Shown here: piece after piece, positions 1-9,300 of the stretch
How positions within the stretch are numbered: position 1 is the stretch's first letter
Layout of the letters: each line of letters opens with the position of its first letter
Translations under genes and position numbers: made by a program
Notes under the pieces: generated by a model
Told to the model about the DNA's origin: nothing
Database searches by the model: none
The model's input: only the letters and a program-made list of their open reading frames with translations
Origin: Thermodesulfobacteriota bacterium
GTDB lineage: Bacteria > Desulfobacterota_D > UBA1144 > Nemesobacterales > UBA2774
Direction of reading: 5' to 3'
Assembly (NCBI GenBank): GCA_965223335.1
Contig: OZ244991.1
Coordinates: 1,568,001 to 1,632,000 of the forward strand
Length of the DNA stretch: 64,000 nucleotides

Positions 1-8
1 GTGATAAG

Positions 9-869
9 ATGAACGGTTTTGTAAAGTCACACGGACTCGGTAATGACTACATTGTTATGATTGAACAAGAACTTAGCTATGAGCTTAGGCCCAAAGTTAT
101 TGAGCTTATATGCCACAGAAACTATGGCGTGGGTTCGGACGGGATTTTACTGCTTAGAGAATCGGACAAAGCTGATTTCGGTCTTAGGATTTTAAACCCC
201 GATGGGTCAGAGGCAGAAAAAAGCGGTAACGGCCTTAGGATATTTGCCAAATACTTATACGAACACGGACACACGGACCAAAGCAGATTTACTATCGACA
301 CGCTTGGGGGCATTGTGACAGCAGAGCTTGAAATTGATGGTGGGAAAGTAGATTACGTTACAGTAGAGATGGGTACCGCAACTTTCAAAAGTAATAAAAT
401 ACCTGTAGCCGGCGAACCGCGAGAGGTGGTAGCTGAGAAAATCGATGTGGAGGGGGAAGAGCTCATATACACGTCGGTCTCAGTCGGCAATCCCCACTGT
501 GTAGTGTTTGAACCCAATCTCGATGAAACAAGAATAAGAAAACTGGGGCCCGTGCTGGAAACACACCCCAATTTTCCAAACCGAATTAATGTACAGTTTG
601 CCAAGGTTCGCGACAGGGGTAATGTGGATATACTAATATGGGAAAGGGGCGCAGGCTACACGCTTGCGTCGGGCAGCAGCTCGTGTGCAGTGGCTTCGGC
701 CTGTGTCAAAAACGGATTCACAGATTCTCAAGTTACGGTCTCTATGCCCGGGGGGCAATTGGATATAGAGATAAGGGACGACTGGAGCATAAAGATGCGA
801 GGGCCGGTGGAAGAGGTTGCATCGGGTACGCTAAGTGCAAATCTACTCTCTAGAATAGAGTCTATGTAA
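9..869 (+). CDS. dapF: Diaminopimelate epimerase
   Basis: KSHGLGNDY, NPDGSEAEKSGNGLR, GNPHCV, WERGAGYTLASGSSSCA motifs; the canonical catalytic Cys positions read Ser (see findings). Confidence 0.85.
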   Translation: MNGFVKSHGLGNDYIVMIEQELSYELRPKVIELICHRNYGVGSDGILLLRESDKADFGLRILNPDGSEAEKSGNGLRIFAKYLYEHGHTDQSRFTIDTLGGIVTAELEIDGGKVDYVTVEMGTATFKSNKIPVAGEPREVVAEKIDVEGEELIYTSVSVGNPHCVVFEPNLDETRIRKLGPVLETHPNFPNRINVQFAKVRDRGNVDILIWERGAGYTLASGSSSCAVASACVKNGFTDSQVTVSMPGGQLDIEIRDDWSIKMRGPVEEVASGTLSANLLSRIESM

Positions 870-899
870 TCAAAACCGGTCTTACCTATACTTTGGATT

Positions 900-2165
900 A
901 TGGCAGGGGCTATGGATAAGTTTCTTATGACAGCTGAGTTTGTTTTGCCCATCTCCTCCGAGCCTATAGTGGATGGAGGGGTATTAGTAAAAAAAGGCAA
1001 GATTAAAGAACTTGGAACCGCCAAATCACTCAAGCTTAAATACAAGGACATAAAATCTTACGACCTGGGCAGAGGGATTCTACTGCCGGGGTTTGTAAAT
1101 GCCCACACCCATCTCGAGCTTGGATGGATCAAAGGCAGGATAGGCAACTTTTCGGATTTCATCGGCTGGTTAAAACAGATTGTAAGCGCTAAAAGAGAGG
1201 GGGCAGATACTCAAGAGGTCCGGGAATCGGTTAGTGCGGGCATAGATGTGCTGATCCGTAGCGGTGTCACTACTGTGGGAGAAATCTCGTCCTACGATGG
1301 AGCCGATATCCCCATATTAAAGGATTCCGGGCTTCGCACTGTACTATATAAAGAGCTTGTGGACAGTAAACCGAAAATCCCCAAACTAGATAGCTCGGGA
1401 AATAAGGGCCTATACGAGGAGAGGCTCTTTCCCCATGCACCTTACTCCTGTTCACCGTCACTCCTCGAGCAGGTGCTTAAGTCTTATAAAAAAAAGAGTG
1501 TACCTCTGGGTATACACCTGGCCGAGAGCCCCCAGGAGGTTTTGTTTGTAAACGGCAAGAAAAACGGTTTTGAACAGATCATCTTTCCGCTCATCAGCAA
1601 AGAATCGTTTTTAAAGCACCGGGCAAAAACACCTGTGGGCTATCTCGAGAAAATGGGTTTCTTGGACGATACGGATATCACTTTAATCCACATGGTACAG
1701 GTTGAGCCCGATGAGATCGACTCAATAAATAGGCGCAACATAGGGATTGTGCTCTGTCCGAGGAGCAATATGTATCTTAAGGTGGGTATGCCTCCCATGG
1801 TGTATTACGGCGAACTGGACAGGGTAGGTGTCGGGACCGATGGATTGTCGAGCAATTTCAACCTGGATTTTTTTGAGGAGATAAGGTGTTTATACATGTT
1901 GTATTCCGGTGCGTTGGGCAGACGGGCAGCGTTTAGAACCGTATACAATGCTACATTAGGCGGCGCCAAATCAATTTTTTTAGACGAACACATCGGAAGT
2001 ATTGAGACAGATAAAGAGGCGGATTTAATATTTCTCAATTCATCAGAACTGTCAAAAGACCCTTACATGAGTGTAATTTCTTCCTCTGCTGCCAACCTGC
2101 GGATGTCCATGGTATCAGGCAGAGTGATCTACAGCAAAATCGATGGACTTAACGAACTATCGTAA
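900..2165 (+). CDS. Metal-dependent amidohydrolase, aminodeoxyfutalosine deaminase (MqnF)-like; start may be ATG 912
   Basis: PGFVNAHTHLE, PHAPYS, HLAES, CPRSN, GTDG motifs; mqnA and mqnD lie nearby. Confidence 0.8.
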   Translation: MAGAMDKFLMTAEFVLPISSEPIVDGGVLVKKGKIKELGTAKSLKLKYKDIKSYDLGRGILLPGFVNAHTHLELGWIKGRIGNFSDFIGWLKQIVSAKREGADTQEVRESVSAGIDVLIRSGVTTVGEISSYDGADIPILKDSGLRTVLYKELVDSKPKIPKLDSSGNKGLYEERLFPHAPYSCSPSLLEQVLKSYKKKSVPLGIHLAESPQEVLFVNGKKNGFEQIIFPLISKESFLKHRAKTPVGYLEKMGFLDDTDITLIHMVQVEPDEIDSINRRNIGIVLCPRSNMYLKVGMPPMVYYGELDRVGVGTDGLSSNFNLDFFEEIRCLYMLYSGALGRRAAFRTVYNATLGGAKSIFLDEHIGSIETDKEADLIFLNSSELSKDPYMSVISSSAANLRMSMVSGRVIYSKIDGLNELS

Positions 2166-3219
2166 TTCAAATACGGCACTTTTGTTTGTATACGGGACTT
2201 TGATGCAGGGGGAATCCCGAAGCCCCTTTCTCGACAATGAAAAACTGATCGACACTGTTTGGGTGCCGGGTGTGATGTTCGATACGATGTTGGGCTATCC
2301 GGCGGCACTCTTCGGAACGGAGTATAAAAAGTGCATATACGGAGAACTATATGAATTGTCTGATCCCCGAACCATGCTCGACCAACTCGATAGTCTCGAG
2401 GGTGTCCAGGATGCTCTTTTCGAGAGGTGTGAGATTGAGGTAGGTGGTTCTGCCGTATATAGCTATGCTGCAGGGGAGTCGCTGGGGGAGTACCTGGTCC
2501 ACCACAACGTAATCAAAGAAGGGGACTGGAGAAAAGTAGGCTCTATAGCCAAGAGCTCACCTCTGGATTTTGCTATTAATTTTGAAAACTCGCAAAAAAG
2601 TATATATAAGGAGCACCCCGAGACCGACCGAATCGGTGCGGTCCATGTTCGCGGCGATATACCTGTTCTGGTCACGGCACCCCATGCGACTGCTCATGTG
2701 AGAGAGGGGAAGTTAAAGCGTCAGGAGTTTTATACCGGGGCGCTTGTACTCTTGATGAACATTCTTGAGGGCTCTCACGCCCTATACACGAACCGGCTCT
2801 CAGAGATTGACCCCAATTACGAGGACGATTGCTACTTCAAAGATAGGCTTACGGAGATTGTAAATGCGCATGATATTCGTTTTGTACTGGATCTCCATGG
2901 CACAGGTAAACGCCACAAGGATATATATCCCGGTGTGGGCGAGTCCAACGAGTTTTTGTTGGGGCACGAGGGTTTAATCGCAGAGCTCAATAATGCCATA
3001 GAACTCAACGGTATTTCAATTGGGGATTATACAACGTTTCCCGCATCTAAGCAGATGACTGTTACAAAGTTTGCAGCCAGAAAGTTAGGTGTGCCTGCGA
3101 TGCAGCTTGAGCTAAACGACTCGCTTAGAAGACCTCTGGACAACAGAGAGAGGTTCCTTGGGCTTGTGAAATTTTTGAGGGATTTTGTGACGAGTATCAA
3201 CGATCTAAGCCCGAGATGA
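2143..3219 (+). CDS. Fusion of a gamma-glutamylcyclotransferase (AIG2/GGCT) domain and a Zn-hydrolase domain (N-formylglutamate amidohydrolase / gamma-PGA hydrolase-like)
   Basis: N-term LFVYGTLMQG...GELYE...LDSLEG; C-term VTAPHA, DPN, VLDLHG, AMQLEL. Confidence 0.7.
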   Translation: MDLTNYRNSNTALLFVYGTLMQGESRSPFLDNEKLIDTVWVPGVMFDTMLGYPAALFGTEYKKCIYGELYELSDPRTMLDQLDSLEGVQDALFERCEIEVGGSAVYSYAAGESLGEYLVHHNVIKEGDWRKVGSIAKSSPLDFAINFENSQKSIYKEHPETDRIGAVHVRGDIPVLVTAPHATAHVREGKLKRQEFYTGALVLLMNILEGSHALYTNRLSEIDPNYEDDCYFKDRLTEIVNAHDIRFVLDLHGTGKRHKDIYPGVGESNEFLLGHEGLIAELNNAIELNGISIGDYTTFPASKQMTVTKFAARKLGVPAMQLELNDSLRRPLDNRERFLGLVKFLRDFVTSINDLSPR

Positions 3220-3241
3220 GTTTTAGGTGCGGATAAATAGA

Positions 3242-6166
3242 TTATTCTGCTAACTGAGAAGCTAGTATTTCCGCAAGATGCGCAGGCCTTCTATTGCCAA
3301 AGTGCTCAATCTGGTGCTCGCACGAGAATCCTGATACAACAATTTCAGTTTCATGACCGCTTGACTCGATCGCTTCCAGAAAACGGTCGTTAGCTATGGC
3401 CTTGGATACGTCATAGTGCTCTTTTTCATAGCCAAAGCTCCCCGCCATCCCGCAGCACCCAGCCCCGCTCTCTTTGACACTGCACCCTGCCATGCTCAGT
3501 AACTCTGTGGATGCATCTGTGCCCATTGCCGATCTTTGATGACAGTGGGCATGAAATAGAACGTCTGGGCCCGAGCTTTTCCATGCGATCTTAAGCCCTT
3601 CATTCACTATCGAGTTGTGTATGAACTCGTCTAGCAGAAACGTGTTCTCTGCAACACTGGTGAGTTCATTGCTCTGGGGTAGCAGGTCAAGATACTCGTC
3701 CCTAAACATCGATATGCAGCTTGGCTCCGTACCCACAATCGGTATACCCTCGCCCGTATACCGGGCCAAGATCGAGGCATTCTTATCGGCGTTTGCTCGG
3801 GCTTGATCCACCATCCCCTTGCTAATAAATGTACGCCCGCAGCAAGCCCTTTCCCTTACGACTATTACTTGATATCCCAGAGTTTCAAGTAATTTGACGG
3901 CGGATAATCCGACACTTGGCTTATAGAACGATGTCCAGGTATCGTGGAAGTACACAACCTGTTTTGTATCCTGATTCGTAGTGTTTTTTGTGCGAGACTC
4001 GAACTCGGCTATAAAGCTTTTGTCTGCGAGCGTGGGGAGAGTCCGCTTGGGGTGGATTCCCGTATATTTTGCAAGTTGGCGAAAGATCACCGAGCCCGAT
4101 ATTAGGTTAGCCGCGACGGGGAACTTGGATGCAATCTGTGACAGTTTGTGGGTATGACCTATGACATGGTCACGAAGCGATATGCCGTGAGCCGTGTTGT
4201 GGTGAGCCAAGACCTCGGTCTTCATTTTGGCAGCGTCCACGCCCGAGGGGCATTCAGTCTTGCACGACTTGCACGATATGCAGAGATCAAACACGGATTT
4301 AGTGGTGTCACTGCGGAGATCTGTTAACGGGAGTTGGCCTGATAGTATGGAGCGGAGTATATTGGCCCTTGCTCTGGTCGTGTCTTGTTCGTCACGAGTA
4401 GCCATAAATGACGGGCACATGATGGTACTTCCGAGTTTCCTACACACCCCCTGTCCGTTACACATATCTACGGCCTCTGTTATGCTCCTGTCCCGATTCC
4501 AGTCTAAATATGTATTCAGTCCACCGGTTATGTTCTTGCGGCTATATCGTAAATTCTCGTCGATAGGTTCGGAGCCGACTACTTTGCCGGGGTTTAATAT
4601 CCCATCGGGATCGAATGCCTCTTTTAGCTGCTGCATAGCGTCATAGATCTCGGGACCGAAAAGAGTCTTATTAAGGCTTGTCCTCTGCAGACCGTCACCG
4701 TGCTCGCCGCTTAGGACCCCGGCATATTTAAGCGCAAGCTCGCATGCCCCATCCGTGAGCTCTTTCATCACACCTATACCTTTGTCTGATTTAAGGTTTA
4801 CCAGAGGCCTTATATGCAGGCATCCCGCACTCGCATGCCCGTAGTAACCGGCTCGTGTGCCGACACTTGTGATCAGCTCTTGTACATCGCTTACATATTC
4901 ACCCAAGTTCTCTACTGGCACAGAGACATCTTCGATGCACGGTATGGGTTTTTGATCCCCCCGCGTACTCATTAACAGCCCAAGCCCGGCACGCCTTAGC
5001 TCCCATACTTGCTCCTGCTCGTGCACACTCAATGCATACGAGACATTACACCGTACATTGCCCTCTAGGTGTTTACGCAGTTCATCGGCTTTGTTTCTTA
5101 TCTGCTTATCAGTCTCCCCGTAAAACTCTACTACCAGCACTGCATCGGGGTTGCCCTCTATGAATCTCAGAAGTCTTGAGTATGGGGTACCTCTGGTCAG
5201 GTCAATTAACATCTTGTCGATTAACTCGATGGCCGAGGGCTCTTTTTCTAAAATCACAGGTACGGCATCCATTGCACTCCTAATGTCGCCGAACTGAAGA
5301 ATCACCAATCCACGTAGTGCGGGTATAGGGACTAGGTTTAGTGTGAGCTCAGTTGCGACGGCGAGCGTGCCTTCAGATGAAGCAAGCAATTTTGCGGTGT
5401 TAAGGGGTTTTTCTATTAGGTAGTTTAGGCTGTAACCCGATGCCCTTCGCCAGTGTTTTGGGAATTTTTCTTGAATATTTTTCTCGTGTGTCTCGATAAT
5501 TGTATGTAGCTTCTGAGAGATTCTACCTGGGGGACTATTCTCAAGTTCCTCCCGAGAGACTTGTCCCAGATCGCAAACACTACCGTCGCTGAGGACGACT
5601 TTGGACCTGAGCACATTATCCCCCGCCATCCCGTATAGAATCGAGTGTGCCCCGGTGGCGTTATTTGCCACTGCCCCACCTACCGTGGCCATCTTGGCAC
5701 TTGAGGGGTCAGGGCCGAACATTAAGCTGTGTGTGGCGAGCTTGCGATTTAGGACCTCAAGGTTTATACCCGGCTCCACGGTGACCGTTTTGTGCTCGGT
5801 ATCTATGCCGATGATCCTGTTTAAGTACTTTGAGAAGTCTATGACAATAGAAGGACCGACGGCCTGCCCGGCAAGGCTTGTGCCCCCGCCCCTGGGCAGT
5901 ATCGACGCGTGATGCGACCTCGCTATGTTTATTATATGAATCACCTCATCGACTGTTTTAGGGATTACTACCCCAACGGGCTCGATGCAGTAGTTGCTTG
6001 CGTCGGTGCTGTAGAGCGTTCGGCTGAGTTTGTCGAACCTGATCTCGCCGCTTATTAGGTCTCTTAGCTCACCCGCTATTTGTGAAGTTAATCCGTTCAT
6101 CTCGATACCCGGGATAGAAAGAGTAGTATAACCATTAAATAGCATCGGTGAGGTTATCAAGATCAT
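3242..6166 (-). CDS. FAD-binding and Fe-S-binding 2-hydroxyacid oxidoreductase (YdiJ / GlcD-GlcF fusion type); likely start ATG 6100
   Basis: YSTDAS, PRGGGTSLAGQ, GEHGDG, CNGQGVC, CISCKSCKTECP, and CCG domains (CCGR, HCHQ, CCGMAGSFG). Confidence 0.88.
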   Translation of the reverse strand: MILITSPMLFNGYTTLSIPGIEMNGLTSQIAGELRDLISGEIRFDKLSRTLYSTDASNYCIEPVGVVIPKTVDEVIHIINIARSHHASILPRGGGTSLAGQAVGPSIVIDFSKYLNRIIGIDTEHKTVTVEPGINLEVLNRKLATHSLMFGPDPSSAKMATVGGAVANNATGAHSILYGMAGDNVLRSKVVLSDGSVCDLGQVSREELENSPPGRISQKLHTIIETHEKNIQEKFPKHWRRASGYSLNYLIEKPLNTAKLLASSEGTLAVATELTLNLVPIPALRGLVILQFGDIRSAMDAVPVILEKEPSAIELIDKMLIDLTRGTPYSRLLRFIEGNPDAVLVVEFYGETDKQIRNKADELRKHLEGNVRCNVSYALSVHEQEQVWELRRAGLGLLMSTRGDQKPIPCIEDVSVPVENLGEYVSDVQELITSVGTRAGYYGHASAGCLHIRPLVNLKSDKGIGVMKELTDGACELALKYAGVLSGEHGDGLQRTSLNKTLFGPEIYDAMQQLKEAFDPDGILNPGKVVGSEPIDENLRYSRKNITGGLNTYLDWNRDRSITEAVDMCNGQGVCRKLGSTIMCPSFMATRDEQDTTRARANILRSILSGQLPLTDLRSDTTKSVFDLCISCKSCKTECPSGVDAAKMKTEVLAHHNTAHGISLRDHVIGHTHKLSQIASKFPVAANLISGSVIFRQLAKYTGIHPKRTLPTLADKSFIAEFESRTKNTTNQDTKQVVYFHDTWTSFYKPSVGLSAVKLLETLGYQVIVVRERACCGRTFISKGMVDQARANADKNASILARYTGEGIPIVGTEPSCISMFRDEYLDLLPQSNELTSVAENTFLLDEFIHNSIVNEGLKIAWKSSGPDVLFHAHCHQRSAMGTDASTELLSMAGCSVKESGAGCCGMAGSFGYEKEHYDVSKAIANDRFLEAIESSGHETEIVVSGFSCEHQIEHFGNRRPAHLAEILASQLAE

Positions 6167-6272
6167 AGAGGTATTTTGAGATATATATTAGTGGCTTATA
6201 AAAAAGTTAGGTATGATAACGAGTCCATTTTTTATTTGGCGGTGTTCAAATAACTAAGAAATCAACCTATCT

Positions 6273-6932
6273 ATGAGATCTGCATTAATTCCTGTTAAAG
6301 ACCTTTCGTGGGCAAACGAGAGGTTGTCCGAGGTCCTCATACAAGAGCTTAGGACCGAGCTTGCATACGCAATGCTGAGCGATGTGCTACGTGCGCTCGG
6401 GGGGTCGGAGCTATTAGACCGCATATATATCGTTACTTTGGATAAAAACGCCATCAATATTGCGGAGGAGTTCGGAGTCGAGGTGATCTTGGAGGAGGAG
6501 CAGGCAGGGGAGAGCTCGTCTGTGGATTACGGATCGCGAATATGCATGGAACTAGGGTCGGAATCGGTGCTTGTTATCCCGGGTGATGCACCTCTGATAA
6601 CATCTGAGGATATAGATTCGGTTCTGGCCGAGGACTGCCCGGACTCAAAAGAGTTAATAATACTAGTCCCTTCGCGTGACGAACTTGGGACAAACGCTAT
6701 TTTCAGAAAACCCCCCGATGCCATCGCGTCACAGTTCGGGCACGATAGCTATAGGAAACACAAGGCACTCGCCGAGCAGAACCATATTCCGTACAAAACC
6801 CTCGTGAATCCCAGGATTGGGCTTGATATTGATAACCCCGATGACTTGCAGGCTTTTCTTGAGAACCCTAGCGATACTGATACATTTAGGGCATTGATTA
6901 AGATAGGATACTTGCTCGAGGCAACTGACTGA
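6273..6932 (+). CDS. cofC: 2-phospho-L-lactate/PEP guanylyltransferase (F420 biosynthesis)
   Basis: ALIPVK...RLS, PGDAP, GTNA, FG..S..H, LDIDNPDDL. Confidence 0.85.
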   Translation: MRSALIPVKDLSWANERLSEVLIQELRTELAYAMLSDVLRALGGSELLDRIYIVTLDKNAINIAEEFGVEVILEEEQAGESSSVDYGSRICMELGSESVLVIPGDAPLITSEDIDSVLAEDCPDSKELIILVPSRDELGTNAIFRKPPDAIASQFGHDSYRKHKALAEQNHIPYKTLVNPRIGLDIDNPDDLQAFLENPSDTDTFRALIKIGYLLEATD

Positions 6933-6949
6933 GATTCACAAAGAGCAAA

Positions 6950-8380
6950 TTAGATTAAATTTACAACCATAAGCTTTAACTCAGTCATTTCCTCAATGGC
7001 GTATTTTAGACCTTCTCGCCCTGTGCCCGAGTCTTTAACTCCCCCGTACGGCATGTTCTCTACCCTAAAGCTCGGGTAGTCGTTTACTACCACCCCGCCC
7101 ACATCTAAAGACTCATAGGCTTTAAAGGCATTCTTCATGTTTTTCGTGAACACACCAGCCTGTAATCCATATCTAGAGTTGTTTGCACTTTTGAGTGCAT
7201 CGTCGAATTCTGAGAATCTCTCTATATGAACCACAGGGCCGAATACCTCGTTGCAGCTCAGGTTTACATTCGGGGGCACATCTGTAAGCACTGTGGGCTC
7301 AATCAGGTTGCCGTCGCGGCCACCACCCAGTAGCATCTGGGCCCCTTTATCCTGAGCTTCTTCGATCCAGCTCATGATCCTGTCTGCTGAGTGTGAATCG
7401 ATTACCGGGCCCACATCTGTGTCCTCGAGCATGGGGTCGCCTAGTTTTAGTTTGTTTGTGGCATCTAAAAAGAGGTCTAAAAACTTATCGTATGTATTTT
7501 CATGTACATAGATCCTCTGAACCGATATACAGCTCTGCCCCGCCTGATAGAAAGCCCCCCAGGCGTTGCGGGCAGCTGCGAACTCAATCTCGGGTGGGTT
7601 GTGGTCGATTATCGTGGCTGCGTTGCCCCCGAGTTCGAGCGTGACATTCTTTTTCGAGTACTTGCTCATGAGCGACCAGCCGATCTCGTCGCTTCCCGTA
7701 AACGAGATCTTCTTTATCTCGGGCGCTTCGAGTACCGTGTCCATCTCACTGCCTGGTACCGGGATTATGTTGAATGCTCCTTTTGCGAGCCCGGCCTCTT
7801 GGGCCACCTCGCCCAACATCAATGCCGAGACCGGGGTTTGCGATGCGGGTTTTAATACTATAGCGTTTCCCGATGCCACCGCAGGCGCTACCTTATGAGC
7901 GACCAGATTTAGTGGAAAATTAAAAGGAGCAATCCCCATGATCACACCTAGTGGGAAACGCCTGGCCAATCCGAACCTGTCCTCATTCCCTGGCACTATA
8001 TCGAGAGGTACTATTTCGCCTCCTGCAAACCTGTTGGCCTCTTCGGCCGCCACGCTAAAGGTAGCCATAGCCCGCTCGACCTCCACTCGGGCAGTCTTAA
8101 GGGGTTTGCCGCCCTCTAGGACAAGTGTTTTGGCAAACTCCTCTTTACGTGAGCCTATGCCGTCTACAATTTTGCTTAGAATTTTAGATCTAAGATGGCT
8201 GGGTGTCGTTTTAAAATCTTCAAAGGCGGACTGAGCACTCTTAATAGATTCGGCTATGTCCTTTTTGGTCGGGATATTGATAACGGCTACAACACTCTGA
8301 TCGTATGGGTTTTTGATCTCCTTCTTATTATCGCTTCCCTTCCACACCCCATTGATTAAGTATTGGTATTCTTTAGGCAT
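6950..8380 (-). CDS. NAD(P)-dependent aldehyde dehydrogenase
   Basis: PFNFPLNL, FTGS, LELGGN, AGQSCIS (catalytic Cys), EVFGPV, PYGGVKDSG. Confidence 0.93.
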   Translation of the reverse strand: MPKEYQYLINGVWKGSDNKKEIKNPYDQSVVAVINIPTKKDIAESIKSAQSAFEDFKTTPSHLRSKILSKIVDGIGSRKEEFAKTLVLEGGKPLKTARVEVERAMATFSVAAEEANRFAGGEIVPLDIVPGNEDRFGLARRFPLGVIMGIAPFNFPLNLVAHKVAPAVASGNAIVLKPASQTPVSALMLGEVAQEAGLAKGAFNIIPVPGSEMDTVLEAPEIKKISFTGSDEIGWSLMSKYSKKNVTLELGGNAATIIDHNPPEIEFAAARNAWGAFYQAGQSCISVQRIYVHENTYDKFLDLFLDATNKLKLGDPMLEDTDVGPVIDSHSADRIMSWIEEAQDKGAQMLLGGGRDGNLIEPTVLTDVPPNVNLSCNEVFGPVVHIERFSEFDDALKSANNSRYGLQAGVFTKNMKNAFKAYESLDVGGVVVNDYPSFRVENMPYGGVKDSGTGREGLKYAIEEMTELKLMVVNLI

Positions 8381-8416
8381 ACTCGTATACCTCTTGATTT
8401 TGGTTAAACCGCTTGT

Positions 8417-9250
8417 CTAAATCTCTAGAATATCCAAGTTGGGTTTCTCGGGGATTAAGTTTTTCTGGTAAGCCCTATCAAATAAGTATTCCAGAGCCGC
8501 TTTCCCCTTCTCCCCCAGGTCCTGCGTGTACTCGTTTACGTACATTAAGACAAATTGCTCACCCACCTCTTCCTCCATCCCTCTCCCGAACTCGAGTGCA
8601 TACTCTAGAGCTTCGGCCTTATGATCCAGTGCATAGTTGATGCTCTCTCGGTGGACTCTTAGTATCTCTTTTTGCAGGTCCTCGTCTATTGCTCGTTTTA
8701 CAACATTTAGTCCCAGGGGTAGGGGCAGTGGTGTGTCATTGGCCCAGAGCTCCCCCAGGTCGAACAATAGTTCAAGGTTTAGGTCTTTATATGTGAGCTG
8801 TCCCTCGTGTATGAGTAGACCGGTCTCAATCTCGCCCCGGCTTACCGCCGGCATTATCTCGTCAAATGGCATCTCCACCGGTATGAACCCGTCAGCATAT
8901 ATACAAAGAAGCAGATACGCGCTCGTGAGCTTGCCCGGGACACCGATCCTCCTTCCCTCTAAGCTAGGCACTTTGTCCTTGGCTACGACTATCGGCCCGT
9001 AACCCTCGCCCATGCTGGCTCCGCACGAGAGGATCCTGTAGCGGTCCTGTACTTTTAAATAACCGTGTGCCGAGATTGCTGTTACCTCGAGTTCACTGTT
9101 AAGCGCCCTTTGGTTGAGTGACTGTATATCCTCTATCACGTGCTCGAAATCGATCCTATCGGATACTACTTTGTCTTTTGCTATGGCATAGAACATAAAC
9201 GCATCGTCAGCATCTGGACTGTGTCCGAGTCTCATCTTAATCTTACTCAA
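8417..9250 (-). CDS. mqnD: 1,4-dihydroxy-6-naphthoate synthase (futalosine pathway)
   Basis: GHSPDADDAFMF, GYGP, IHEGQLTY, LPLPLG, MYVN; TTG start with AGGAGG RBS. Confidence 0.9.
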   Translation of the reverse strand: MSKIKMRLGHSPDADDAFMFYAIAKDKVVSDRIDFEHVIEDIQSLNQRALNSELEVTAISAHGYLKVQDRYRILSCGASMGEGYGPIVVAKDKVPSLEGRRIGVPGKLTSAYLLLCIYADGFIPVEMPFDEIMPAVSRGEIETGLLIHEGQLTYKDLNLELLFDLGELWANDTPLPLPLGLNVVKRAIDEDLQKEILRVHRESINYALDHKAEALEYALEFGRGMEEEVGEQFVLMYVNEYTQDLGEKGKAALEYLFDRAYQKNLIPEKPNLDILEI

Positions 9251-9300
9251 GTCAAACCTCCTAACTCGTTAAAAGTGATTTTTGTGTAATTATTCTCGTA

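Noticed and set aside
1488..1496. A_AAA_AAG slippery heptamer (A8G) in the amidohydrolase
   Set aside because: It lies mid-barrel before essential metal ligands, not at a domain boundary; a shifted product would be non-functional, so it is likely just a Lys run
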